The notes under the pieces were generated by a model, which worked only from the letters and a program-made list of their open reading frames with translations, did not search any database and had not been told where the DNA came from. From contig OZ296648.1 in the NCBI GenBank assembly GCA_965655095.1, forward strand, positions 79,732,001 through 79,796,000: DNA of 64,000 nucleotides, written 5' to 3'. Source of the stretch: Haplodiscus bocki. Taxonomy: Eukaryota. The position numbers and the translations under genes were made by a program. This document shows positions 25,095-38,959 of the stretch, in pieces; the stretch's first letter is position 1, and the number at the start of each line of letters is the position of its first letter.

Positions 25095-25800
25095 AAACGT
25101 CACATTTTCACTCCGGAACAGTGACTGACAGACCGGAGACCAACAGAAGAATATTCCACCAATCCCATGTGTTGTCTGGCAGCAACCTCTGGAGATATTT
25201 GTGGATAGTTCAAGTTAGCTAATATTCAAAATGACTCTACTGCTGAAACTAAGGAAAACACGCATACGCCCCAACTGAAACAGCGAAATGATGTAGATTC
25301 ACAAACGACGTCATTAAAGGAAACCTCACTTCAAAATCCGGAACCGCTACGGAACAATTCCGAGAAAATTGAACTACTAGCAAATAAGTACTGTGCCTCA
25401 ATAACTCCCAGAACTGTCAAAACGAAACCCAAGAAACGACTAACGGCATCACAGTTGAGATGTAATGGAGATGCCCATTTTTCCCTTCTCACAAAAACAA
25501 CTTCACCGCTGTTTGGGAGACGCTTGTGAGAGATGAGACATGAACGAGCTGTATATATCAGTGTCCTCCATCATAGTTCCTGGAAAGTGTATCTGCCCCT
25601 GGATTTCGTAAATTATCTAATTACACAACCCATTTGACTAGGAGTATCCTGGGCACAATACGAGAAGTCTGCCCACAAAGTCTCCATAAAAGAAAAGATT
25701 TATGACATAATGGATAAGGACAATGATTGTAGCTACAAACGGGTCACCAATTGGAAGCATCAAAACCTTAATTCTACCCACCTCCGCAGCACAAAATATG
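25095..25800 (+). pseudogene. Decayed N-terminus of pol (pre-protease/protease region); no RT, RNase H or integrase seen
   Basis: Broken frames after the gag stop read IPPIPCVVWQQPLE, RLVRDET, NELYISVSSIIV and VYLPLDFVNYL. There is too little room for a full pol. Confidence 0.5.
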
Positions 25801-26899
25801 ATCTATGCCATCATCTGAATCTGAATTGCAAGGAAACTTACAGCCATTGAATTTTGAATCTGGCCTAATATGTTCCACGGAACGTCTACGTAAACTTTCC
25901 GGATAACCTAGGAACGTGTTATGGAACTGATACGTAGCGAATACGTACCTATTCCTGGAAGCTCCTGACAGTTCTCCTGGAACAAAAACGATGTTCTGAC
26001 TACCAGTTCTCAATGGATATTGGTGATTGCAACAGTGAATTTCTAATATCATTTTCTGAGGATAATCCTTGTCGAATGACTCATTTTCCATTCATTCTTT
26101 CTCAGACTGCAATTGAACGATATTGTGTGCAACTAAAACAATACAGGCAATGAATAGAAACAGCCCCAGGTAGCCCCAGTTTGGGCGACGTCAACAACAT
26201 TACTGCCTCTACCAGAGCAAAAACAAGGAGTGATACGGAAGATTTCAGAAACTCTACGAAACGTACCACAAAAGTGTCGCAGCTGATCCAGTACTTCATT
26301 CCCTCGCAAAAAAACTTTTCGAAAGTAAAACAACCAATTTAGTAGTCCGCGTTTTTTTTCGTTGGGCTGAAATTACCCAGGACGCGCACAATCCATCGCA
26401 GAGCCGTTAGTATCTTGAAAAAAAAACAGTTGTGTGGGGAACTAAAGTCGGCGGAATCAATTACCCATGTTTGCCATTTATAATTTTCTATTTTCAGATA
26501 CTCGTAAGCTCATTCATATTTTTAATGCCAAAAACATTGTTTTTTGACAAAAGATAGAGTTTTTAAATAAACGGGATCTAATTTTGACGAAATATATACG
26601 TTTGCTGACCTAATCCTAGCAAATCGGCATTTTTCAAAAATATTCTAAAAATTGGCATAAATTAAAAGTTTATATATTCGTTGAAAAACCTAACTAAATT
26701 TGTTATAAATTAAACTTTTCTGCAGTTTTTGGGCTAAAATGTTTTTACCCTAGTTTCTTCTGGGTCAGAAAGAGCAAACTTATTCCAAAAAATTTCCTAC
26801 TGGAACATGTTGTTCTCTGATCCCCAGATTCAAAAAAATTGCAAATAGTTTTGAATTTCCTTTTTGTTGCACCTAACGTTTCCCAAAAAAACCAACCTC

Positions 26900-29800
26900 A
26901 TTTTTCTCATTTAGGTCTCAATTAGAACCGTTCTACTTGCAGAAGAGTACTTTTTCGAAAAATCGCTGTTTTTTGTTTCTTGCGTCGAATCTACCTCAGT
27001 CCGAAAAACCTGGTATAAGCCATGAATTATGGAGTGTTTCACTATTCACACTGACTTTTTCTGGCAATTACAGGTTTGACTTCAACAATCAAAGTCTCAG
27101 TTCAAGGCGTCACTCTTGTAGCTGAGAAGTCGTCTGAAAAACCATTGATATTGACCTTGCTTCAATCTCCTGATGTGCCAAACATTCCACAAAATTGTTA
27201 TTGAAAATGATTCATCTCGATTATAGAAATGATCTTCCTCCGTAACCACAGGTCTGATTTCCTTCATGAGGGTCACAATAAGTAAATACGCACCAAGAAA
27301 AAACTTTTTGGTTGGTTTTCCAGTCAGCTGGTTCTTCGCATCATCAAAGTCCTGCTTGCCCCGATAATCGAAGGATGTTCTGTTATTATAATGTTTGTGG
27401 GATTGCACACTCAGACTTCTCTAAATCTAAGCAAAAAATCTTCCCCGAATGGTATCAACCAAAAGGTTGAAAAATCAGCAGTGATATTTAGAGATAGAAA
27501 ATCGTTTTGATCTTCGCTTTAGACTCCTGATTGCTCAAAGACACCAAGAATTCTATAAAAGTTGATTAATCTCGTATCTCGTTAATCTATCTCATTTTTT
27601 CCGTAACTGGAGGCTTGATATCTTCCATCAAGGTCTCAACCAAAAGCTTCAAACTTTTTCTGTTGTTTTCTTAGATAATCATTCATATTTTCACTTGCCT
27701 CAGATTTCTGATAGTCCGAATACTCCAATCAACTGTGCTACTGATTTCTCTGTATCTAAAGGCTAAAAAAAAATCCGCTAAGAGCTCCATCGAACAAATA
27801 TTACTCGTGGAGGAGTATTAGATGTAGATGTTATTTTTTGTGTTCATTGAATTAAATTAGTGGTGGCCTGAAATTTCGAAGATCGCAAACAATGTGGATT
27901 CTTCACGGGTTACGGTTACAAGCTCTTTTTTTCCTAAGTACCCTTCTAATTTCCTTCAAGAAAAAGTAAACCGGCGGACTTTTAGTTGCAAAAATTAATA
28001 GAGTTTTAAGAACAATGATTTTGTTCTTTGTTGTTGAGTATTGTTAGTTTAGGAATGCCAAACACCTGCTAAACGTTTTTACAAAGTTTTTTCAATTCCA
28101 AATAATAATTTTCCAAAAACACTGGCTTGACCTTTAGCTGCAAGATCTCAATATGGTTTTTTTGGTGACTACTGGTTTGATAAATACTGAATTATTTCCT
28201 TGTGTCGCAATCCTGATAGTCCGAGAGTGCCGAAAATGCTCCCCCTTTTGAAAAATCTTTTCATTCAAACTGATATATCGAGATATTTACAGTCTTGATT
28301 TTCTTCACCAAAACTCGCAATTGAAAAATCTCTACTCTTGGAGTAGTTTTAGGATAGGACACTATCAACACCGGTCCTGCAATAAAATTGTGGATTGAAA
28401 TCGCCAGAAACTCTCACAATCTGATAATCTTATTTAATGTCCAATTTGTTTTAGTTTTTTCTCCCAACATACTGGCTTGAATTCTGTCAACAAGGTCTCA
28501 ATCCTTAGTTTCCCATTTTGGTCGGATTTTTAAATCGAAAACTGTGAATTTTCCATCCTTCAAGGAATTCTGAGCGATCAGAAGTGACAAAAGGTGCTGT
28601 TGGTCAGGGCATTCCTCGATCATCAATCTAATGTTTCTTCAGCTCTACATCCTTCAATTTTCCTTCATCGCGTCAAGGGATAGCTTTCTAATTGAAACAG
28701 GCTGCTCCTTCCCAAAGACTATAACAAATTTGTTTTACATCGGACTTGGAGTCTTGATTGACCGAAAGTGACAAATGTTCTATTACTTTTGGATTATATC
28801 GATACTCCGAATCAACCTTCTTGAAAACAACTTTTTTGAAATTGACTATCAAGGTTTGATCTAATGGTGACATACTTCTGATTGTTTCTCACAAGGAACA
28901 GTTTCTGACAGTGTTCCTTGGATTGGAATGTTGATGGGTGGAACATGCAACGAAAGTACGATATTATTTTCAGTTTATCGATTTCCAAACTGAAAAATTT
29001 TATAGCAATCGTCTTGAACTCCCTCGACAAGGTCTCCATCGAAATGGTTTTGGTCATATTCGGTTTTTTTCTAAAAACGAATTGTTGTTCCTTCGACCAG
29101 TTTGTTTCCGCGACTGCGCCTCTTGTTTCTTATCAAACTTTTAAAATGCTTCACCTGTCTCTTTTGTTAGACTGAGCATCATAAAATTCGTTATCGATAA
29201 AAGCATTAAGAAAACAGTTGAAGTCTGAGTTTAGGTTGTTCAGCTAAAATAGAATAATTTGAAGGAGTTAATTTGACTAATTGGATGATATCGCTCTCAA
29301 AATGTTTTTTTCTTTTATGGTTTGTACTTCTAGGGCCATATGTTAAAATTTGGCGATGATGATGTTTTTGTTAATTTGCACTCTTTCTTAGTAGAAACTA
29401 AAAAAGTTTTTTTTTTGTTTTTGGACACATCTTCCGTTTTCGAGAAACTTACTTTGAAATGGTTAATTTGTATTTCTTCAAGGTGTGTTTTTTTCCTACG
29501 CTGTCATTTTGATGCTTCATGGGTTGTGTTTTTATTCCTCAGATAAACATTACAATTATCACATCAAAAATACTCTGACGGTGTTCGACTTTTGGTTGTG
29601 TTGTACCATGATTTTTTGTTCCGTTGTGTCTTTTTTCTTTCTTAAACTTGTTTTGCAAATAATCGGATTAAGGTTCAACTCGCCAACGAAATTGTCAGAT
29701 CTTATATGCCCGGTACGAATGACTGGGCAGTAAAAAGATTTACACACAAGCAGATTTAGCACTTTTTTTAATTGCAGTTTTCAAAGGTGTTTATTTTTTT

Positions 29801-30300
29801 GCTTCCTTCGAAAGTTTTTCATTTCGCGTCCAATGCGCACTCCGCATGTAGTTGTCTTTGTATCCCTCTATCGTGAGGATATTTATATTGAAAAAGTTTC
29901 TAACTTTTGTTGTTTGTAGATTTTGATTGCATACGTTTTTTCCTTTCAGTATTTTATTGAGCAAACTGCACTAGTTGCCTTTACCTTTGCAAAAATTTTT
30001 GTTCTTCTCAATGTTTACATTTTTCCATATTTTCAAAATTTTTTGTTCCGGAAAAACGTAGTTGTTGATATTTTTGATTTTCTGGACTTTAATATCCAGT
30101 TCTCGTGAATCTATTTTCGAAATTTTTAAGAAAAGCTATGTTGGTTTTGTATTATCAATCAATTTAAAAGAACCTTCACAAAAATTTTTATGGATTTACC
30201 TTTCGCCAATGTTTTTCAAAAAATAACTTCTTAAAACGAAATTTCTTGTGCCTGACGGCCCAGTTTTTCAACCAAGCTCTAGGAAATAAAGGCCCAACGG
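26900..30300 (-). pseudogene. TRIM-like pseudogene A with C-terminal ~180-bp repeat array
   Basis: Cys/His remnants at ~29700-29860 (TCGV; CN*KKC*ICLC; RTGH). Repeat marker ..GCTTGA....CAAGGTCTCAAT recurs about every 180 bp over 27070-29030 and reads IVTLMKEIRPVVTEE on the minus strand. Confidence 0.5.
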
Positions 30301-31429
30301 GAGTCCCTTCCACTTCAAAGCTTGGATCATCCATTATAAGAACTGTGAGTTTGGTGGATATCCTCCTATAGCAAATGATAAGGCCAAAGACAGGAGTACA
30401 TTGGGATACAAAGAACTCCAAACACTCCGATAGCAGCCTCAGTTCTTGCCAATGACACTGCCTTTACGCTATGAGTAGTTGGATAAATTTTGGATAAATC
30501 TTCAGTTTATGAAATGCATTCATATGTGATTTCATTAAAAATAGTTTCAGTAGTGGCCAAGTTTAGAAATCAAATCAGCATAGTTTTTGCGAGTTTTGTC
30601 CTTTGAAAATTTTACCTCACGTACCTGAAACCCGGGAAAAATGTGAGAAAGCATTGGATATTTGAAAAAACAAATAAAATCACTTTTTTAAACCTACATT
30701 TGTATATGTGTAAAATTTGTGAGGAAATACGAATTAATATTCTGATAGATTTTTATCTCTTGGAAGGCAATTGCACTCTTTTTGAAAATTTAACGCTTTT
30801 TCACAATTTTCTTTTTTATTGGATAGGCAAATTAAAGTAATTAGAAGACCTGGCTCACGAACAATGAAATTGTTTTGTTTTCCTGATAAAGCTACCAATG
30901 GAAACAAAAGCATTCAACTGCACCATTTGTTGTAACTTGGAGGCGTTGACAAAGTTGATCCGACCTGAGAGAAGTCCTGTTTTCTGCAAGATACTTACCA
31001 ACATCACCACTCACTCTCTTTCCTTTACTCTAATCTACTCTTAATCTATGCTTTTCCGACTTTACGCTTGGACACTGCAGGATTCAAACTTTAGGTTGCC
31101 AGAAAAATTTCCATGAATGTTTTGGTTTCCAAATAAACTTACCGAGATTTTTCACGATTCGCGCAAAGACATTTAGGCATACGTTTTATCTGTTGGAGTT
31201 AATGCTTGCGACTCCAAATTGGACAAATTGACAACATCGGTAACAATTCTAGTTCACAAGATTTCATATGCATCACACGAAACTTTCTATACACATTTTT
31301 GGTTGTAATCAGGCGAGAGTTTATTCGTTTCAGAATTTTTTGCGACTATTGAAAGGTATTTCGTGGATGGCGTTTGTCGTTTTTAAAATTACAAAACTTG
31401 ATCAACTTTTAAATTTTTTGTAGAAGAAA

Positions 31430-32780
31430 GCCTAAGGTTCTGAGAAAATGCTGTCGTCTGGGCAGGAAACTTGTGTACATTGGCTCTGAGGAACTCTTGC
31501 TTCAGGATGAGGGTCACTCTGAGAACTTTCCTCATTCATTCCTCGGATTTCTTCATGTCTGTTCCGTGACGTCTCCGGAACGGATGCGGAGTGGCCTTGA
31601 ATTAATGGGTTGAGTAGAAACTCGTCAAGTTGGGATAGAGCGTCTAAGAAGCGACTCTCCGTCCTAATGAACTTGCACAACTTCTGTTTTACTCTACCCT
31701 CATTTTCCTCTGAGACTTGGATAAAGAACGTGTGATAATGTCCTTTTGAGATCTGCGAACATTTTTGTTCTGTGCGAAGTTGCTACTGGGATGTTCCCCA
31801 TAATTCTCATTGGTGAGGCTTATTGTTCTCGATGTTTTCTCACAGAATCTTTTTTCTATAAGAAATTGTTTGTTAGCGTTGAAGACTGAATAACCTTTCT
31901 AAAGAAATCATTTTAATAACAGTTACATTGATTATTGTAGGAAAACGAAATTTGACAGGTAGATATCATCAGTACTAACAAATGTTGTACTGATACTTTC
32001 ATATATCCTGTAATACCTTTTCTTTGGCGGGAAACATAATTGTTTACACGCCAAGTCAAATTACAATTAGAAAAAAGTACTTCATTCATATTAACTACAA
32101 AGACAAAAGATGCCGACTCTGGGTGGAAATTACAGACTTTTCCATCCACTTTTTGCCTCATGGGACGCGTCCCTTCCATCTTTCGAGAAAAAATGATCAT
32201 CACAATTCATGCCTTTTTCATCACATATGAGTTCATTTGTCTCGATCTCTAGAAAAGAAGATAAATTAGTCGCACTAATAGTTTACTCCCCTTTCAGACG
32301 AGTAGTTACAATTAGTTTCTGGAATAATTCCATAGCCTCTAGTATAAGAGCAGTTGATTGAAGCAGGCTGGGCTCGAATGAGGAGTGAATACGGAGTCTC
32401 TCTGTAGTCAACACAGCACTGCAGTACGGTATAGTTATGTTATTAGGATGGAAATGACGTCACCAGACTGGTAGCGACGGAACACTTACGGAACAAATAT
32501 TCAGTCTGAGAGTCGATTACACTGCAATTCAGTCAATCCACTTTCAACTCAATTTTGATTTAAAGCACTGCTGTAAACTGCACTGATTGCAAACAATCAA
32601 ATTAAGTACACTGAAGAGGTGGATTTATTTATAATAATTTGGTAAATAGATTATTATAGAAATAGCACCTTTCAGGTTAAAATACTCTGTGAATGCTGGT
32701 ATGTTCCGTAACGGTTCCGTCCTGCTCTGGGTCGATCTAGTCGGATGATCTGCATATATTACGTATCAGTATGTATGTAC
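31430..32780 (-). mobile_element. Decayed 5' part of a second copy of the gag-bearing retroelement
   Basis: ORF 31432-31680 (RTESRFLDALSQLDEFLLNPLIQGHS...QSDPHPEA) aligns with gag RTKSRILGALSKLDEFLLNQ...MSDPYPEA. 32000-32200 matches 19060-19290 (ACTTGGCGTGTAAACAATTATGTTTCCCGCCAA is identical). Confidence 0.85.
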
Positions 32781-33089
32781 AGTAGATGAAGTTATATATG
32801 TAAGTTTAATAATTCAACATGCAAGTTTAAGTTTCTTTCTGAGTCTAGGGTAGTCTTTTTGCTCGGCAGGGGTTGACCGCAGGCTTCGCAGATGTGCTGC
32901 GACAAGTACACAAAAGAACTTCTCTCAAGGTTTTCTGTTTTTTTAAAAAAACAAATGAGATTATTTTTTAATGCAGCGCAATTGTGTATGCGTGTTTTCC
33001 CGTTTGCAACAGTCACTAAACGCATTTCCTAGTAGCCCCCGTGAACGCGAACTGCATCACGATGTTCCTCTTTTACTTTGTGAGTAAAA

Positions 33090-36000
33090 GAAAAGCGTTC
33101 AACTTACGTGGATACGGCAAGTATTGTTCATTGCAGCTTTTAACAAATCGTCTGAAATACCCGGGTTGAAGTCCCAGAGCAAATCAGCGCTGAACAGCGC
33201 TGTTTCAGAGCTGTTCAGCGCTGGTTTTTTCTGAATCAGCGCTGTTAGCGCTGGATCAAAACGAATTGAGGAACCGACGAAAATGCTTCGTGTAAGTTCG
33301 AAGAGGTATTGGGATCACGAAAAACATGTTCTTTTGGAGTGTACCAGCTATGAAAAAAATCATTCCGGCGAAAATTCAGTCAAAAATTCGAATTGGCGCA
33401 CCCGCCTTTTTTTCATGCTTCTTGGTCGCACGTGACCTGTAGAATACTAAAAAAAGGCTGAAATGTAGGGTTTTGAGTGAAAAGTGGACTGAAAAAAATG
33501 CAAAAGTTGTGTTAATTAGTGTTTTTTTTTACTATTTCGGACCAAAATGTGACGAATTTTGACCAGCGCTGAACAGCGCTGAAACAGCTCTGTTTCAGAG
33601 AAAAACAGCTCTGAAACAGCACTGAACAGGGCTGATTATCTCAAAGCGTCAGATCTAAGGTTTCCTGGAGAAAACTCCTGAGAAAAGTTCAAGCTTTGTC
33701 AAAACGGAAAAAGATCTAAATTTCCAGAGAGCTTAAGATCTGGGGTTTCCTGGGAAAAATCTGCGTAAAGAGAACAAGATATAGTTTTGCCATGACGGAA
33801 TAATTTCTAAATTTCCAGGAAAAATATGATCCAAGCTCTCCGGCAGAAATTTGCGAAAAGACTCAAATCTAAATTTCCAGAGAGCTTCAGATCAGAGGTT
33901 TGCTGGAGAAAATTAGCGGAAAAAGAAAGATCTAATTTTGGCATAACGGAATATTATCTAAATTTCCAGAAAGCGTTAGATCTAAACTTTCCCGCAGAAA
34001 TTTGCGGAAAAAGACTAAAATCTAAATTTCCAGAGATCTCAAGATCTGGGGTTTCCTGGAGAAAATCTGCGAAAAGAGGATAAGATCTACTTTTTGCGGA
34101 AAAATAATGAGATTGCAATTCCCAGAAACCGTAAGACTTGAGCTTTCCTGCAGAAGTTTTGCGAAAAATGAAAGATCTAGTATTTGCCGAGAAGCAATAA
34201 GATATAATTATCCAGAAAGCGTAATATCTAAGTTTCCCTGAAGAAAAATTGCAAAAGTCCGGTGAGGACAAGAAATGGAAGACAGATTTCAGGGATGTTC
34301 AGCGTTGTCTCAGGGGAAAATCAGGAATGATAAGAGCTGTTTCAGAAGGCTTCAGTGGTTATCAGCTCTGTTTCAAGGAAAATCAGAGCTGAAACAGCAC
34401 TGATTCAGAGCTGATTTTTTTGCTCCGAAATTTTGGTTTTTCAGCGCTGTTTCAGAGAAAATCAGCGCTGTTCAGCTCTGTTTCAGAGAAAATCAGCGCT
34501 GAAACAGCTCTGATTCAGCGCTGATTTTTTGCTCTGAAAATTTGGTGTTTCAGCGCTGTTTCAGAGAAAATCAGCTGTTTCAAAGAAAATCAGCACTGAA
34601 ACAGCTGATTCAACGCTGATTTTTTGCTCTGAAAATTTCCAGTTTCAGAGCTGTTTCCGAGAAAATCAGCGCTGTTCAGCTCTGAATCAGCTGTTTCAGA
34701 GAAAATCAGCGCTGTTTCAGCGCTGATTTTTAGCTCTGAAAATTTGCGTTTTCAGCGCTGTTCAGAGCTGAATCAGCGCTGTTCAGAGATTTTCAGGTAA
34801 TGAACAGCGCTGAAACAGACCTGAAAGTATTCTGAATCAGAGCTGAGTCAACCCGGGTAGCTTTGAAATTTAACTTTATTGTTGCCACTAAACTGCAAAA
34901 TTTGTACTTAAGCGTTGCAATCTTCCTTAAATAACTTTTTCCCGACCAACTATCGGAACTATCGGACCACTTACCTTCGGCACCTTCCGACATTTATCTT
35001 CCCTAAAATCCAGAAGCCGTATTCTTTCTTGTTGGAATCCCGCTGAAGTGAAGAACTGCAAAAGTGCACAAATTGTTGTTGAAGTAAAAAACACTACGTG
35101 AAAACACACGCTTAACCCTAGTTTGCACTAATTGTATTAACCTGCTGTCTGAAACTTTCATGCAAAATCCCTGACTTTTCCGTCTTTTCCAAAAAAGTTT
35201 TTTCCATGCCTATTTGTTACATGCATGTCACGACAATCACAATGCAAGTTCTCTCTGCAATGTCAAATGGACCAACCAATTAAATTTAGACAGCTTAAAC
35301 GGACGAATTTTTCTATCAAGTTAATATTAAGTAGTTTGGAATGGCTGAAGTTTGTACTAAACATGAATACAGGAAGAAACACAGGAAGCGAATACTGAAA
35401 ATCTTTTTAAATAGAAATATGAATCATCATATTTTGTTAAAAGTTATACTGACGGGTCTTAACAAATCACAATATTATTTAATGCTTAGTCATCTCTTTA
35501 TATTTTCGGAACTCAGCAAACAACTTTGGAGAACTGTGTCCATCAAAGAAACAAAAGTTCCTTTCGATACAATCAGTGACGGAAATTTCACAGCAACATT
35601 GAATAAGAAGCGCAGTCGAACTGTGATATTCTCCGTCAGTGTAGCGCGTAAAAGATTGATCGAAGTTAAAACAAAACACTTTTACAAAAAAAATCCAATT
35701 CTGACAAAAAACATCTAGATGGATACTTTGTCGGAAGAATTCAAGCCGGTAGCTTCAGAGAGTTATGAGTTTGAAAATGGACAAAACGTAGTAATTAATT
35801 GGACGTTTTGGCATGTTCAGCCTATCAGCACAGCAATTTAATTAACAAAACTATAGAATTTTCCATCTAAAAGTAATCCAAAACTATATCACCGTCAATT
35901 CAAACCTTGGTAGAAAAATTCATTTCTCTAATTTTTTTCAGGGAAGAGTTGGAGAACTGAGGCATCTCAATACTAATGGCACGGTTTTCACTCTTGGGTT

Positions 36001-38330
36001 ATTAGGACTTCACTTTCAATGTAGAAGAAAATTTCAAGTTTTTTAGGAACGATTAATTTGCCTCACAGAAAGAGTCGATTGACATCTTGATGAAAAAAAC
36101 AACCGGGTAAAGTCGCAAAAATATGAGTTGGATTAACGAAGCATGACAAATCAAACATCAAATTCTGGCATTTCTGTTCCATCAAGACTCCACAGCACGG
36201 TTAAAGTAGTTTGATTTACATTTGACAATTTCAACAGTGGTAAAAAAAATTACATTGGGGCCATTGAGGAAGAGATCAAGTAAGTAGTTTTAGTGAAAAA
36301 CTAGTTTTAAAAGCTAGATGAGGTCGATTTCAAAAAATTCTGGCTTCTTCACCCTCAAGATTTCAATAGGGGAACGGAATTGATTGTTTTCTTAAACCCA
36401 ATACTCCACAAAAAAGAGAAAAAAGATAATATTTTCAGTTGACTCCTTGTTGGCATAAATCAAGCCTGTAATTCTGGAGAACCATGAATTGGATTAAAAT
36501 TGTCCAGATAAAAAATTACAATATTTTTAAAAAATGTCGAAAGTAAAAACAGTTTTTTGGCACTCTCGGACAATCAAAATTTCAACGCAAGAAGAAACAG
36601 CAAAGCCTTTTGAAGCGAAAACTCTTCTACTACTAAAAGTTTGTCCATTAAAACCTCGATGACAGAAATTAAGCTCGTACTTATAGAGAACAGAAAATGA
36701 AAACGTTTCTCCTGATGAATCAAATTTAATAGCACATTTTGAAATGTCCGGACTGTGCGAATTTTGATCTAAGGAACAAAATGCATGACTTGCAAATCGA
36801 AATTTTCACCTCAAAAAAAGTTTTTTGATTGAGATGTGATCAAACCTGTGAACACGCAGAAAATTGAGTTTGAATACGGAGATCAATCAAAAAAATTAGC
36901 AAGTTTAGCTTATTAGGACTATCAGAATTGAGAAGTCAGAAAAAACTGAATGGTTTTTCACTGGCATAATCCTGCACAAGGTTAAATTTTTCGATTGAGA
37001 CCTTAATGGAATAAAAGAAGCCTGTAGTTACAAATGACATTGATTTTGAATATCGAGCAAAATCTTCACCAATGGCACTTCTGATAGTTGAAACTATCAA
37101 TTTTATGATTCAAGGATCAACAGGAACATTTTGCACTTAAATTGATTTTCTTCAATGCAAACCTTTAGATTCAGGCAGTGTTCAAAGGAACTGAGGATGT
37201 ATTCACGAAAGAATATGAGTTTGATAATTGAGATGAATCAATTTTATAAGCAGTTTATTGGAGATTTTGGACCATCAAAACACTTTGGTGACTTTCAGAG
37301 CTTTCAAGTGCGACCCCAGTGGAAAAAATCAATCTGTAGTTAAAGAAAATGAGCTTCGAAATTCTTGACAAAATAACAACATCAGAACTTTTTGGATCAT
37401 TCCGACCATCAAGATTTCGATATAAAGATCAGCACATCAATATGCATAGTCTGTCAAAAGAATCCTCTCCAAAAGTCATTTTTGATTCCGACATTGATGG
37501 AAGTAATCAAACTTGCAAATACCGAGAAATATGAGTGTGAACATCTGGAGGAATCAATGATAATAGCACTTCAGAAAAATACGGTTTAGCAGCAATCTGA
37601 TGCAGGATTCAGAATAAACGGTTACTCAATCGAATCATTCTTTGAAACTGCAATTTGACTGAAATTTTGATGGAAAACGCCAAACCTGTTCATACTGACG
37701 AACCTTAGGTCAAAAAACGAGATCAAACACAAATCATAGCAGTTTTTGGAATTTTCGGACTATCGGAAACCTAAGACAAGAATCAAAAGGAATGGATTTT
37801 TTGAAAAAAAATTCACAAGTGTAAATTGTTCACGTGACACCTTGATTGAAAAAATCAAACCTGCAGTTACAAACAAACATAACTTCCTATATCCGGACGA
37901 TTCATTATCAGAATCGTTTATTTTTGGTAACCTTCAGAATAGCAGGATTCTGATGCAAGATTCCAACTAGATACTCGTTTAAATGGAAAATCCTCTAAAC
38001 TTGTAAAAGATTAGATTTTGACCTTGGTTTTTGAACTCAAACCTGTAGTTTTTGAGAAACATGATTTTCAAAAACGAGATGACGAGAAAAATAGCTCTTT
38101 CTGTAACTTTTAGACTGACAGGTTTCTGATGCAGGGAGCAAAACCGCAAACGTTTCTTTGAAAAATTTTTGTATAGTTAGTATGTTTCCGATAGGAACCT
38201 GCATGAAACAATTGAACGTTGTAATTTTAAAGACAAGTGAGTTGCAACTACTGGGAAGTTCAATGCTAGTAGAGTTTTTTGGCAATCCCTGATATTAGAT
38301 ATCGCAGAACGAGATGTTCCAGCAATAAAA
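33090..38330 (+). pseudogene. TRIM-like pseudogene B with C-terminal ~180-bp repeat array, RING split by a TIR element
   Basis: CCH..NCKIC at ~34880-34905 (RING core across a frameshift), CTNC at ~35065, and CLK/HAKSLTF/PICY/CHDNH at 35145-35240 (B-box-like). Repeats over 35700-38300 read DTLIEKIKPAVTNK and LALSDNQNFNA. Confidence 0.5.
33160..34857. mobile_element. Non-autonomous TIR DNA transposon (CCC ends, TA flanks; possibly CMC/EnSpm-like)
   Basis: TA-CCCGGGTTGA ... TCAACCCGGG-TA. Subterminal arrays of palindromic CAGCGCTG and a central AGATCT-based degenerate tandem repeat (33650-34260). No ORF. Confidence 0.85.
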
Positions 38331-38959
38331 TTTCCGAATTAGGTTTGTGTTTATTGAATCCGGAGAATTTAAATTAGTGGAGAAAAACCAATACCGAAAC
38401 TCAGAAAATATCAATCGCTTACAATGATAATTAATTTCTCAACAGATTTATAAACTTTCAATTTTTTCTGGGTTTTTTGAGAAAATTTGAGAGAATCGAA
38501 AACTTTTTCTCAATTGAAAAATGTTCAGAAACGGCTTTCTTCCAGTTACATCGGAAAACGGATATTTTTTTGAGAGAAACGGCCCTCATTTGTCAAGAAA
38601 TCCTAAATTTTCTCAGAAAAGCCCTGTTTTTTGGTATCAAAATTATGGCCGACAGCGAGATTCGAACCCGCAACCTTTGGCTCACCAACTGCGGTGACAT
38701 CCTACACAAATGTAATATATATGATACCAACGCTTCTGCAGCCACAAAGTCTGCGCGTCATGGGCAGAATCAGGATAAGGAACAAAAACTCCGACTACTG
38801 ATTCCAACATTCTCCTCTCGAAATATTTTTCCGACGGAAAACAATTATCTCGTTTATGAAATAAGTCCTAGCAATTGAAAGTTTGTATTTTTTGGCATTT
38901 TAATTGTGGGTTTTTCAATGGCTAGATCAAGCAAATCAACATTACAACACCACCTCGAA

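Larger units (their letters stand above)
18470..26330 (+). mobile_element. Gypsy/Ty3-type LTR retroelement with intact gag, deleted and decayed pol, and a leader interrupted by HINE-tRNA arrays
   Basis: Leader segments 18625-18680 and 19060-19290, plus ATTCAGTCTTCA just before gag, are collinear with the uninterrupted decayed copy at 31430-32780 (-). Gag has a CCHC knuckle and a protease-like remnant follows. Termini are uncertain. Confidence 0.7.

Noticed and set aside
33826-34271. Repetitive ORFs (KRLKSKFPE...)
   Set aside because: By-products of the AGATCT tandem repeat inside a non-coding TIR element.
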